From assembly GCA_035534435.1 (NCBI GenBank), contig DATLRX010000033.1:88560-152559 (forward strand): 64,000 bases of DNA, written 5' to 3'. Both the position numbers and the translations under genes were made by a program. Source of the stretch: Candidatus Acidiferrales bacterium (GTDB lineage: Bacteria > Chloroflexota > Dormibacteria > Aeolococcales > Aeolococcaceae). The number at the start of each line of letters is the position of its first letter. The stretch's first letter is position 1. The notes below the pieces were generated by a model. That model was not told where the DNA came from and did not search any database. It saw nothing but the letters and a program-made list of their open reading frames with translations. Shown here in pieces: positions 33,082 to 42,242 of this stretch.

Positions 33082-34236
33082 ATGGACGCGGAGATCGAGG
33101 CGACGACGCTCGCCGGCTCGCCGGACAACCTGATGTGGCCGATCCCGACGATTGCCCGCCTCGCGTGGGCGGCGATCTGGCTCGTCTTCCTCGGCTATCC
33201 GATCAGCGACATCCTCGGCACCGGCTACTCACCGACGCGGGCGGTCGTCGCATGGCTCTGTCTGGTCGCGTTCGCCTGCATGTACCTCCTGGCGATGTGG
33301 CTGTGCCTGTCACTCGTGCCACGCGTCGCCAACGGCATCCAGTTGCTGCCACTCGTGGCGGTGTTCGCGATGGGGATCGCGATGGCGCTCGTCTTCCGCG
33401 GACAGTGGACGGGGTTGCTCGTCTACTGCGGCGTCTCCGCCGGGTGGACGCTGCGCTGGCGCTATCTCGTCCCCGTGCTGTTCGCCCTCGGCGCCTTCAT
33501 GGTCGTCTCGGGTGTGTTGCTCGGCTACCCCTGGGCAGACCTGGGCTTCATCACCTTCCTGACCGTTGCGCTCGGGTTCACGATGCTGGCGTTCCGCCGC
33601 CTCATCGCAACGGTCATCGAGCTGCGCACCGCGCGTGCCGAGGTCGCCCGGCTCGCGGTCGCCGACGAGCGGCTGCGAATCTCGCGCGATGTTCATGACA
33701 TCCTTGGCCACAGCCTCTCGGTGATCGCGCTCAAGGCCCAGGTCGCCCGCCGCCTGATGACGAGCGAGCCGGAGGCCGCCGCCGAAGCGATGGGCGATGT
33801 CGAGACGGTCGCGCGTGAATCGCTCGCCGAGGTCCGCTCGATGGTCACCGCATACCGGCAGCGCTCGCTCGCCGACGAGCTGCAGGGGGCGCGCGACGTG
33901 CTCGACGCCGCCGGGATCAGTTTCGCGGTGACGCGCGACAGCATCGTGCCACCGGCGCCGGTCGACAGCCTGCTCGCATGGACGGTCCGTGAGGGCGTCA
34001 CGAACGTGCTGCGCCACAGCCGCGCGCACCACTGCGAGATATCGCTCGAAGCCGGCGACGGTGGCTTCTCCGTGGCGATCGTCGACGACGGCGTCGGCGG
34101 TGTGGCCAGCGCGGGAGGAAGCGGCTTGCACGGGCTCCGTGAGCGGGTCGGCGCCGCCGGCGGCCGCCTCGAAGCCGGCCCGCGGCAGCAGGGCGGATTC
34201 CGGTTGCAGGCGTTCATCCCCCAGGCTGCGGCGTGA
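33082..34236 (+). CDS. membrane sensor histidine kinase, DesK/LiaS-like (HisKA_3)
   Basis: Multi-TM N-terminus, H-box RISRDVHDILGHSLS, HATPase_c G-boxes (DDGVGG, GSGLHGLRER). Confidence 0.8.
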   Translation: MDAEIEATTLAGSPDNLMWPIPTIARLAWAAIWLVFLGYPISDILGTGYSPTRAVVAWLCLVAFACMYLLAMWLCLSLVPRVANGIQLLPLVAVFAMGIAMALVFRGQWTGLLVYCGVSAGWTLRWRYLVPVLFALGAFMVVSGVLLGYPWADLGFITFLTVALGFTMLAFRRLIATVIELRTARAEVARLAVADERLRISRDVHDILGHSLSVIALKAQVARRLMTSEPEAAAEAMGDVETVARESLAEVRSMVTAYRQRSLADELQGARDVLDAAGISFAVTRDSIVPPAPVDSLLAWTVREGVTNVLRHSRAHHCEISLEAGDGGFSVAIVDDGVGGVASAGGSGLHGLRERVGAAGGRLEAGPRQQGGFRLQAFIPQAAA

Positions 34237-34838
34237 TCCGCGTCATCATCGCGGAGGACCAGGGAATGGTCCGCGGTGCGCTCGCCACGTTGCTGGGACT
34301 CGAAGAGGACATCGAGGTTGTGGCGCAGTGCTCCCGTGGCGACGAGGTGGTCACCGCGGCGCTCGCCGAACGTCCCGACGTCGCGCTCCTCGACATAGAG
34401 ATGCCCGGCATGGATGGCCTCGAGGCCGCTGCGCGCCTCCATCAGGCCGCGCCCGAATGCGTGATCATCATTCTCACGACGTTCGGCCGGCCTGGGTACC
34501 TGCGGCGCGCCATGGAGGCCGGCGCGACGGGTTTCGTCGTCAAGGACGGTCCCGCCGATCAGCTCGCGGTCTCGATCCGCAGAGCGGTGGCGGGTGAGCG
34601 CGTGATCGATACCGCGCTTGCGGCAGCCGCTCTCAGCGACGGGTCCAATCCCCTGACACCACGCGAACGCGATGTCCTGCACGCCGCGTCAGCCGGAGCG
34701 ACGATCGCCAGCATTGCCAAAGCACTGTTCCTGTCTCAGGGGACCGTGCGCAACTACCTCTCGTCGGCGATTCAGAAGACGGGCGCTCGCAACCGCATCG
34801 AAGCCGTGCGCGCCGCCGAGGAGCACGGCTGGCTGTAG
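34233..34838 (+). CDS. LuxR/NarL-family response regulator
   Basis: Receiver domain (DD...D phosphoacceptor LLDIEMPGMDG, K) plus a C-terminal LuxR HTH. GTGA overlap with the kinase gene. Confidence 0.85.
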   Translation: MIRVIIAEDQGMVRGALATLLGLEEDIEVVAQCSRGDEVVTAALAERPDVALLDIEMPGMDGLEAAARLHQAAPECVIIILTTFGRPGYLRRAMEAGATGFVVKDGPADQLAVSIRRAVAGERVIDTALAAAALSDGSNPLTPRERDVLHAASAGATIASIAKALFLSQGTVRNYLSSAIQKTGARNRIEAVRAAEEHGWL

Positions 34839-34847
34839 GCGGCGGAC

Positions 34848-35414
34848 TCAGTCGACGTACAGCGCCACGAGACCGTCCGGCTCGAGCGGCGGACGGGACA
34901 GGGCGAGCGGGATCGCGGCGGCGAGCGCCTCGGCGGGATCGATGACGACCATCGGGTCGAGGGGGAGCACGTCGCTGGTGAACACGACGCCCCCGCCGCT
35001 GTCGAACGCGCTGAGCAACACACGGCGCGGAGACGCGGCGGCCCCCGTGGTCGCGACGTAGAGGGCGCCGCGGCCGGCATCCGCGGCGACCCATGAACCG
35101 ACGTGCGCGCGTGAGAGCGGCGCGCTCGCGATCACTTCGAGCGAGCCGACGCCGTGGAGCGGCAGCCCACGGGCCTGGGCGATCCCGAGAGCGGCGGCCA
35201 TGCCCGCCCGGACGCCGGTATACGTCCCCGGTCCGACGACGACGACGACCACCCCGAGGTCGTCGGTGATCATCTGCAGGAGGAGACCCGGCAGGGAGGT
35301 CGCGACCTGTGCGCCACGCACCACCTCCGCACCACGGACGGTTCCGTCGCGACCGGCGCGGACCACGACGATCCGCGCACGCGACGACGTGTCGACGGCG
35401 AGCACGTCCGTCAC
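34848..35414 (-). CDS. tsaB: tRNA threonylcarbamoyladenosine biosynthesis protein TsaB (YeaZ)
   Basis: VLAVDTSS N-terminus and GPGTYTGVRAG motif. GTG start in GTGA overlap with the tsaE stop. Long Arg-rich track extension discarded. Confidence 0.75.
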   Translation of the reverse strand: MTDVLAVDTSSRARIVVVRAGRDGTVRGAEVVRGAQVATSLPGLLLQMITDDLGVVVVVVGPGTYTGVRAGMAAALGIAQARGLPLHGVGSLEVIASAPLSRAHVGSWVAADAGRGALYVATTGAAASPRRVLLSAFDSGGGVVFTSDVLPLDPMVVIDPAEALAAAIPLALSRPPLEPDGLVALYVD

Positions 35415-35875
35415 AGCCGGCTCCACGCCGGTGTGAGGTGGTCGGGTGCGCCCTCGTGCGGCGTGATCACGCGCGTCCCGTCGTCCTCGATCTCGAACCC
35501 GAGCCGGAGGTGCACGCGGCCCAGGAGCTCCGAGTGCTCGCCCCACTCGACGACCACCACGCCACCCGACTCGAGCATCTCGTCGACGTCGAGCAGGCGG
35601 ACGTCCGCGCCGGGACCGAGCCGGTAGAGATCGATGTGGTGCAGCACACGCGGTCCGGCGCGGTACACGTGATGGAGCACGAACGTCGGACTGCGGACCA
35701 GTGCCGGGTCCATGCCCATCCCGGTTGCGACGCCTCGCACGAGGACCGTCTTGCCCGCTCCGAGCTCGCCGCTGAGGAGGATGAGGTCGCCGGGCTCGGC
35801 ATGCGTGCCGATGCGCTCTCCGAGTGCGAGGGTGTCCGTCTCGCTCGCGCACCGGACGGCGGCGACGCCGGTCAC
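35411..35875 (-). CDS. tsaE: tRNA threonylcarbamoyladenosine biosynthesis ATPase TsaE (YjeE)
   Basis: GDLILLSGELGAGKT Walker A. Start inferred at the GTG abutting the thiL stop. Confidence 0.75.
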   Translation of the reverse strand: MTGVAAVRCASETDTLALGERIGTHAEPGDLILLSGELGAGKTVLVRGVATGMGMDPALVRSPTFVLHHVYRAGPRVLHHIDLYRLGPGADVRLLDVDEMLESGGVVVVEWGEHSELLGRVHLRLGFEIEDDGTRVITPHEGAPDHLTPAWSRL

Positions 35876-36915
35876 GTGAAGTGGCGCGAGGTCGTCCGCG
35901 GGGTCGCGACGCCGTCTCCTCCCTCCCGATCGAGGACGCCGACGCCGGCCCCGGCCCGCAAGCGCCCCACGACGCTGAGCGGGGCGAGATCGGAGGGCCA
36001 CGATCCCGCCAGCGTCGCCACCGCGTCGGGCGGCAGGGTCGCGACGAGCTCGAAATCCTCACCCCCGCCGAGCGCCAGGTCCGGCCACGCGGCGCCGAAG
36101 TCGCTCACCAGCGCGGCCTCCACGGGCACCCGGTCGAGCCAGACCTCGGCACCGCAGCCGGACAGGTCGGTGATCCGCTCCAGCTCGACGAGGAGCCCAT
36201 CACTGATGTCGCCGCCGCAGCGCACCCCGGACGCGACGAGGTGGAGCCCCTCGGCGAGGCGCGCGCTGGGCGCCAGCTGAGCCTCGACCCACGAGCGTTC
36301 CCGGCGGGAAAGGTCGTCGCCACCGTCGAGCAGCAGGCGGAGCCCCGCGGCGGCGCGACCGAGCATCCCCGTGACCACGATCACGTCCCCGGCGACACCG
36401 GCGTCGCGACGCAACTCCGTGCCGGGCGCAAGCGTGCCGCCCACCGAGACGTCGATGACGAGTGGTCCGTCGATGGCGCTGAGGTCGCCGCCCGCCACAG
36501 CGCAGCCGGCCGCGGCGGCCGCGGCGCAGAGGCCACGCTGGATCTCCAGGACGTCCTCGGCGCAGGTGCTCGAGGGCGCGCAGAGGGTGGCGGCGCACCA
36601 CGCCGGCCGGGCGCCCATGCCGGCAAGATCCGAGAGAGCGACCGCCATGGCGCGCGCCCCGAGCCGGCGGGGGGTGATCCAGGAGCGGCGAAAGTCGATG
36701 CCCTCGACGAGGGCATCCTGGCTGATGGCAACGTTCCGGCCGGGATCGGGAACCCACACGGCCGCATCGTCTCCGGTGCCCAGCGCCAGGCCCGGTCCCG
36801 TGCCGCGGGCGATCTCAGCCAGTGCCTTGAGTAGCTCGGTCTCGCCCACGTCGAGCAGGGTCGCGCCTCCGGTGTCGAAGCGTCGTTCGGGCATCACCTC
36901 AGCCTCCAACGTCAC
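35872..36915 (-). CDS. thiL: thiamine-monophosphate kinase
   Basis: AIR-synthase-related PurM-like fold: GDDAAV, ALSDLAAMGA-like ALSDLAGMGA. Confidence 0.8.
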   Translation of the reverse strand: MTLEAEVMPERRFDTGGATLLDVGETELLKALAEIARGTGPGLALGTGDDAAVWVPDPGRNVAISQDALVEGIDFRRSWITPRRLGARAMAVALSDLAGMGARPAWCAATLCAPSSTCAEDVLEIQRGLCAAAAAAGCAVAGGDLSAIDGPLVIDVSVGGTLAPGTELRRDAGVAGDVIVVTGMLGRAAAGLRLLLDGGDDLSRRERSWVEAQLAPSARLAEGLHLVASGVRCGGDISDGLLVELERITDLSGCGAEVWLDRVPVEAALVSDFGAAWPDLALGGGEDFELVATLPPDAVATLAGSWPSDLAPLSVVGRLRAGAGVGVLDREGGDGVATPRTTSRHFT

Positions 36916-37075
36916 ACGTCCGCAATATACGTGGGTGCGCCGTCGGGTACGGTTGGCGCGACCGAGCGAGTTGCACTCGGTCCCATCGGGCCGCTAAGGT
37001 GCGGCCTGGGGAAAGGCTCGACCGATGCTCTTGGCGGTATCGGGCGGGCAAGAATGACACGGAGGACACCGGATT

Positions 37076-38161
37076 TTGACGTTCAGCCGGAAGCTGGCCC
37101 TGACCGTGACAGGGGTCATCACTCTTCTGGCCACCGGACTCGGAGCCATCCCGAACACTCAGGCAAACAGCGCGCAGGTGCCGAACTCTGCGATCGCAGC
37201 GCTGCAACAGCGGCGCGCGGCACTCATCGCAGAGCTCGCCGCGTTGCAGCCTAACCTGAGGGCCGCGGGTGGATCGGTGGGTTCGGCGGAGGCGTTGTTC
37301 AACGCCCAGCAGACTAAGGTGCTGAACGAGCGCAAGCAGCTCGACAGTCTGAATGCGTCCCTGCTTTCGCTGAGCAGCCAGCTCGCGAGCAACGACGCAA
37401 CCGTCGCGCAGAACAAGGCACAACTCGCCGCGATCACTCGCGCGACGTACGAGACGAGCGGCAGCGACCAGGTGCTCGCCGCGGTGCTCAGCGCACCCTC
37501 ATTCAACCAGGCGATGGACGAGCTGAAGTCCGCGAACCAGGTGTCGCAGCAGGTGCTTGCGCTCGTCGAGCGGCTCGCCGGCGCGGATCGCGCCATCACC
37601 GCCGAGCAGTCGAGCATTCGTCGTGAAGCCGCCCAGGCGTCGACCATCGAGGCGCAACTTGCCGCGCAGAGCGATCAGCTCCTCGTCGTGCTCGAGAATC
37701 GCAACACCGTGTTCGCGGGCCTGAGCGGACCGGCGAAGCGGATCGCGGCGGAGATCGCCAACATCGACAACGAGATCGCGTTCCTCGAGGCGGGCCCGCA
37801 CGTCGGTACCGGACCGTGCGGCGACCACTTCGCGTATGGGTTCTGCACGTACTACGTGGCGACGCGTCGTTGCGTGCCATGGCTCGGCAACGCCGGTTCC
37901 TGGTACATCGCCGCCGCGCAGATGGGATACAAGGAGGGCTCGCTCCCGGTCCCCGGCGCGATCGTCGTCTTCAGGCCCGGCGTTGACGGCGTCAGCGCCG
38001 AGGGACATGTCGCGTACGTCGAGGCCGTCGGCCCCGCGGGCGGCATACCGACCGGAGACTTCAAGCTCTCCGAGATGAACTACGCCGGCTGGAACGTGGT
38101 CGACTACCGCGTCATCAGTGACGCGAGCGCAGACATCGAAGGGTTCATCTACGGCAACTAG
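37076..38161 (+). CDS. secreted coiled-coil + CHAP-domain peptidoglycan hydrolase (PcsB-like)
   Basis: TTG start 9 nt after GGAGGA. Signal peptide. About 200 aa of Ala/Gln/Leu-rich predicted coiled coil. C-terminal CHAP with Cys (CGDHFAYGFCTYYV) and His (GHVAYVEAV). Confidence 0.75.
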   Translation: MTFSRKLALTVTGVITLLATGLGAIPNTQANSAQVPNSAIAALQQRRAALIAELAALQPNLRAAGGSVGSAEALFNAQQTKVLNERKQLDSLNASLLSLSSQLASNDATVAQNKAQLAAITRATYETSGSDQVLAAVLSAPSFNQAMDELKSANQVSQQVLALVERLAGADRAITAEQSSIRREAAQASTIEAQLAAQSDQLLVVLENRNTVFAGLSGPAKRIAAEIANIDNEIAFLEAGPHVGTGPCGDHFAYGFCTYYVATRRCVPWLGNAGSWYIAAAQMGYKEGSLPVPGAIVVFRPGVDGVSAEGHVAYVEAVGPAGGIPTGDFKLSEMNYAGWNVVDYRVISDASADIEGFIYGN

Positions 38162-39396
38162 CGCGAGCTAGCGGCTTCGATCGCCTGGCGCAGCAACTCC
38201 TGCGCCGCCGGCAGCGTCTCGATCACATCCGACGCGAGCGCGCCCGCCCGCCCACGCCGAGCCTGCACCATCAATCCCGCCTGCGCGTGGATGGTGACGC
38301 CGGCAATCGCCGCGTCGCGTGGCGCCAGACCCTGCGCCAGCATCGATCCGATGAGCCCCGAGAGGACGTCCCCGGTGCCTCCCGTCGCCAGCGCGACGAC
38401 ACGGTGTTTGTCCACATGCAGGTCGTGCGCCGCACCCGCGATGACGGTCTCCGCGCCCTTGAGCACAACGATGACGCCGTGCTCGTCGGCATACCGCTGC
38501 GCGAGCCCGTTGCGATCGCCCTGCACCGCGTCGGTGGACATGCGTGCAAGACGGCCCATCTCCGCCGGATGCGGAGTCAGCACGACGGGCCGGCCGCACC
38601 GACGCCAGTCGAAGCCCGCCTCGGCCGCGATGTTGAGCGCGTCTGCATCAACGACAGCCGGGCACGGCAGATCGGTGAGGATCTCGAGCAGGGCAGGGAC
38701 CGTGTCGAGCGCGCGCCCGAGACCAGGCCCGATCACCAGCGCATCGGCACCGCGAAGCCGTTCACGAAGCTGCTCGACGCCCTGTGTACGCAGGGTTCCC
38801 GTCCCACCGTCGGCGAGCGCCGTCGGCATCACCTCGAGACACCCGGCGGCCACGATCGAGTGGATGCTGGCGGGGACGCAGACCTCGACAAGTCCCGCAC
38901 CGCCGCGCGCCGCACCGAGCGCGGCCAGCTTCGGGGCGCCGGTGAACCCCCGTGACCCGGCCACGACGACAACCCGTCCGAAGGTTCCCTTGTGGCCGTC
39001 GTCGGGGCGCGCGGCAAGCAGCAGATCCGCCGGCGCTTCAGGCAACGCCCGGCGGCGCGGCGTTCGACTCACTGCCACGGCGATCGCGAGACCGCCGTCA
39101 TGCGTCAGCGAGAGTGCGATCGGCGTTGCCTCGCCGCGCACGTGGACTCGCGGCGGTCCGCCACCAGCTCGCACGACCTCGATATCGCGATACGCCGGCA
39201 TGCGCTCACCCTGCGACGAGTAGAGCTTCATCACCGCCTCCTTGGCCGCCCACCGGCTCGCCCAGCGCTGTGGTCTGCCGGCGCTGTAGCGCTGCTCGCC
39301 CTCGGTGTAGATCTTCTGCGCAAAGCGCGGGTGACGCTCCAGAGCTGCCGCGATGCGATCCACCACGGTCACGTCGACCCCCACGACCATCGTCAT
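38158..39396 (-). CDS. fusion: holo-[acyl-carrier-protein] synthase (AcpS) + ADP-dependent NAD(P)H-hydrate dehydratase (YjeF C-terminal domain)
   Basis: The N-terminal ~110 aa are AcpS (GVDVTVVDRI...RWAAKEAVMK). The C-terminal ~290 aa are ribokinase-like YjeF-C (GSRGFTGA, VVDADAL, GGTGDVLSG). One frame, no stop. Confidence 0.75.
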   Translation of the reverse strand: MTMVVGVDVTVVDRIAAALERHPRFAQKIYTEGEQRYSAGRPQRWASRWAAKEAVMKLYSSQGERMPAYRDIEVVRAGGGPPRVHVRGEATPIALSLTHDGGLAIAVAVSRTPRRRALPEAPADLLLAARPDDGHKGTFGRVVVVAGSRGFTGAPKLAALGAARGGAGLVEVCVPASIHSIVAAGCLEVMPTALADGGTGTLRTQGVEQLRERLRGADALVIGPGLGRALDTVPALLEILTDLPCPAVVDADALNIAAEAGFDWRRCGRPVVLTPHPAEMGRLARMSTDAVQGDRNGLAQRYADEHGVIVVLKGAETVIAGAAHDLHVDKHRVVALATGGTGDVLSGLIGSMLAQGLAPRDAAIAGVTIHAQAGLMVQARRGRAGALASDVIETLPAAQELLRQAIEAASSR

Positions 39397-39403
39397 ACGA
39401 CGA

Positions 39404-41236
39404 CTATTCCACAGTCACCGATTTCGCGAGGTTTCGTGGCTGGTCCACGTCGCACCCGCGCTGCACCGCAACGTGATACGCGAACAGCTGCATCGGGATG
39501 ACGTTGATCAGCGGCGACAGCACCTCGGAGCAGCCGGGAACCGCGATGGTGCTCGCGAACCCGGCGTCAAACGGATCCTCACCCTCGGTGACGATCGCGA
39601 TCACCGGCGCGTCGCGCGAATGCACCTCCTGCACGTTGCTCACCATCTTCGGGAGCGTCGCAGAACGTGTCGCGATCGCGACCACCGGGACCTCGGGCTC
39701 GAGGAGCGCGATCGGCCCGTGCTTCAGCTCACCGGCGGCATAGCCCTCGGCGTGCACGTACGAGACCTCCTTGAGCTTGAGCGCACCTTCCATGGCAATC
39801 GGGAAGTTGATGCCACGACCGATGTACAGCGCGCTGCGCGCGTGCGCAAACCGCTGGCCGAGATCGACGAGCAACGGCTCCAGCTCGAGCGTCCTGGTCA
39901 GCAGATCGGGCACCTGCTGGAGCTCTGCGACGAGACGCTGATGCTCGGCGACGTCGAGCGTGCCGCGCGCGTCCCCGAGCCGGAGCGCCAGGAGCAGGCC
40001 GCAGACCATCTGCGTCATGAACGTCTTCGTGCCGGCCACGGAGATCTCCGGCCCCGCCTGCATGTAGAGCGCGCCGTCGGCCTCGAGTGACAGCGCGCTG
40101 CCGACCACGTTGGTGATGGCGATGACCTGCGCGCCCGCACGCCGGGCCTGCCGGACGGCGGCGAGCGTGTCCGCGGTCTCGCCGGACTGCGACACCGCAA
40201 TCACCAGGGAATGCTTGTCGACGAGTGCCTCGCCGTAGCGGAACTCGCTTGCGGCCTCGACCTTGCAGCGCAGTTTGGCCAGGTGCTCGATCGCGTAGCC
40301 TGCGACCATCGCCGCGTACCACGCGGTGCCGCAGGCGACGAGAACGACCTCGTGGACCTCCTCGAGCCGTCCGCTGTCGAAGCCGAGCTCCGGCAGCACG
40401 ACCATGCCGAGGTCGTCGATCCGGCCGCGAAGCGCGTTGCGCACAGCCTCCGGCTGTTCGTGAATCTCCTTGAGGAGGAAGTGCGGGTAGCCGTTCTTCT
40501 GCGCCTGCTCCGCCTCCCAGTCGACGGTGACCACCCGGCTTTCGACGGCGGTGCCGTCGAGCTGCTGCACGCTGATCCCCTCGGGCGTCGCGGTGACGAT
40601 CTCGCCCTCTCCGATCAGCGCGATGCGCTTGGTGTACGGGATCAACGCGGTGATGTCGCTGCTCACGAACACCTCACCGCGCCCCAGCCCGACGACGAGC
40701 GGGGCGTTGACGCGTGCGCCGACGACTCGGTCCGGTTGATCCGCGGAGATGACGACCAGCGCGCACGCACCCTCCATGCGGTTGAGCGCGCTGCGCACCG
40801 CCGCCGCGAGGTCGCCGTGGTAGTTGTCCTCGATGAGGTGCGGCACAACCTCGGTGTCGGTTTCGCTGAGGAACTCGTGCCCTCGAGCCATGAGCTCGGC
40901 GCGCAGCTCGCGATAGTTCTCGACGATGCCGTTGTGGATGACGTGGATCCGTCCGGTGCAGTCCTGGTGCGGATGAGCGTTCTCCACCGACGGACGGCCG
41001 TGGGTGGCCCAGCGCGTGTGCCCTATGCCGACGTTGCCCGACGGCAGGCCGTCCAGGCCGACCTCGCGCGCGAGCTCAGCGACCTTGTGCGTGTTCTTGA
41101 CGGTGGTGACGTCACCGGACGCGTCGATGATCGCGATCCCGGCCGAGTCGTAGCCGCGATACTCGAGCCTGCGAAGGCTGTCGAGCAGGATCGGGGCTGC
41201 GGGTCGGGGGCCGGCGTAGCCGATGATGCCGCACAT
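39404..41236 (-). CDS. glmS: glutamine--fructose-6-phosphate aminotransferase
   Basis: MCGIIGY Ntn start, two SIS domains, C-terminal ...SVTVE. Confidence 0.95.
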   Translation of the reverse strand: MCGIIGYAGPRPAAPILLDSLRRLEYRGYDSAGIAIIDASGDVTTVKNTHKVAELAREVGLDGLPSGNVGIGHTRWATHGRPSVENAHPHQDCTGRIHVIHNGIVENYRELRAELMARGHEFLSETDTEVVPHLIEDNYHGDLAAAVRSALNRMEGACALVVISADQPDRVVGARVNAPLVVGLGRGEVFVSSDITALIPYTKRIALIGEGEIVTATPEGISVQQLDGTAVESRVVTVDWEAEQAQKNGYPHFLLKEIHEQPEAVRNALRGRIDDLGMVVLPELGFDSGRLEEVHEVVLVACGTAWYAAMVAGYAIEHLAKLRCKVEAASEFRYGEALVDKHSLVIAVSQSGETADTLAAVRQARRAGAQVIAITNVVGSALSLEADGALYMQAGPEISVAGTKTFMTQMVCGLLLALRLGDARGTLDVAEHQRLVAELQQVPDLLTRTLELEPLLVDLGQRFAHARSALYIGRGINFPIAMEGALKLKEVSYVHAEGYAAGELKHGPIALLEPEVPVVAIATRSATLPKMVSNVQEVHSRDAPVIAIVTEGEDPFDAGFASTIAVPGCSEVLSPLINVIPMQLFAYHVAVQRGCDVDQPRNLAKSVTVE

Positions 41237-41270
41237 AGGACCTCTCTGGAACGCTCGCGGGCGCCTCGAG

Positions 41271-42242
41271 TTACGGGACCGGGGGTGTCGGGGACGGTGT
41301 CGGAGTTGGTGGTGTGGGGATCGTCGATATGACGATGGTCACGGTGACCTTTCCGGCGCGCGTCGTGACACCAGGCGGGAGGACGAGGGTCACCGACTGT
41401 GTGTACGTCCCGAAGACGCCGTTCAGGAACACCGGCGAGGTCGACACCGAGTCGATCCCGTTGAGGAGATCCTGAGGCCCGGTGATCTCGATCGTCAGCG
41501 GTGAGGCGGTGACGGCGGCCAGGTAATGACCCGGGGATGCCGTGCCCTCGGTGCGCGGGATGACGGCGACGAGTCGCTGGGTCACATCCGCGCTGATGGC
41601 GATGCTGACGCTGACGTTGGTGTGGTTGATACCGACATCGTTCAGGCGCACGCCCTTCGCGTCATAGGCGAGCACACCCAGATCCGCCTGGAAGTTGGCC
41701 TTCTGGGTGGCGAGGTCAACAGTGACGCGGGCCTGGATGCCGGCCAGCTCGCGCGCCGGCCCTTCGATCACCACCGACGAGGGGGTCACCTGTTCGACCC
41801 CGCTCTCGTATCCCACCGGCGGCGGATTGGTGATGACGATGGTCACGGGCACCGACTTCGACTCGAACGCGTCCACGTCGATCGTCACCGACGTCGGTGG
41901 GTCGATGAGCTCGATCGCCGGGTCGTTGTTGACGACGGTGATGGGAATCGCATAGACGCCGGTGCGCGTCACGCTCGACCAGTGAACGGTGACGCTCAGC
42001 GCCGTCGCGGGATTGAGTGACGACAGCGTGTTCTGATCACCGCCGACGCGCACCGACACGTCCTGCAGCGGATGCACGAGCACGAACTGCGAGGGAATCG
42101 CGCTCGTCAGCACCGGGACGGTGACCAGTCTCGTCTCCGGCGGATTGCCCGCATACACGACACCGACCCACGTGACGAATGCGATGAAGAAGCAGCCGAC
42201 CTTCAGCTTCCAGTTGCGGCTGATGAAGCCCGGGAAGCTCAC
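41271..42242 (-). CDS. cdaR: CdaR-like YbbR-domain regulator of diadenylate cyclase
   Basis: N-terminal TM helix, repeated beta-rich YbbR-like modules, Pro/Thr-rich tail. ATGA overlap with cdaA. Confidence 0.65.
   Translation of the reverse strand: MSFPGFISRNWKLKVGCFFIAFVTWVGVVYAGNPPETRLVTVPVLTSAIPSQFVLVHPLQDVSVRVGGDQNTLSSLNPATALSVTVHWSSVTRTGVYAIPITVVNNDPAIELIDPPTSVTIDVDAFESKSVPVTIVITNPPPVGYESGVEQVTPSSVVIEGPARELAGIQARVTVDLATQKANFQADLGVLAYDAKGVRLNDVGINHTNVSVSIAISADVTQRLVAVIPRTEGTASPGHYLAAVTASPLTIEITGPQDLLNGIDSVSTSPVFLNGVFGTYTQSVTLVLPPGVTTRAGKVTVTIVISTIPTPPTPTPSPTPPVP

Noticed and set aside
33693-34682. 329-aa and 273-aa minus-strand ORFs opposite the kinase and regulator genes
   Set aside because: Antisense to genes with clear H-box, G-box, receiver and LuxR HTH motifs. 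Arg-rich composition.
36916-37075. ydaO-type c-di-AMP riboswitch call for the CHAP-hydrolase leader
   Set aside because: I could not find the conserved ydaO core motifs by eye. It is kept only as a low-interest hypothesis to test with Rfam.
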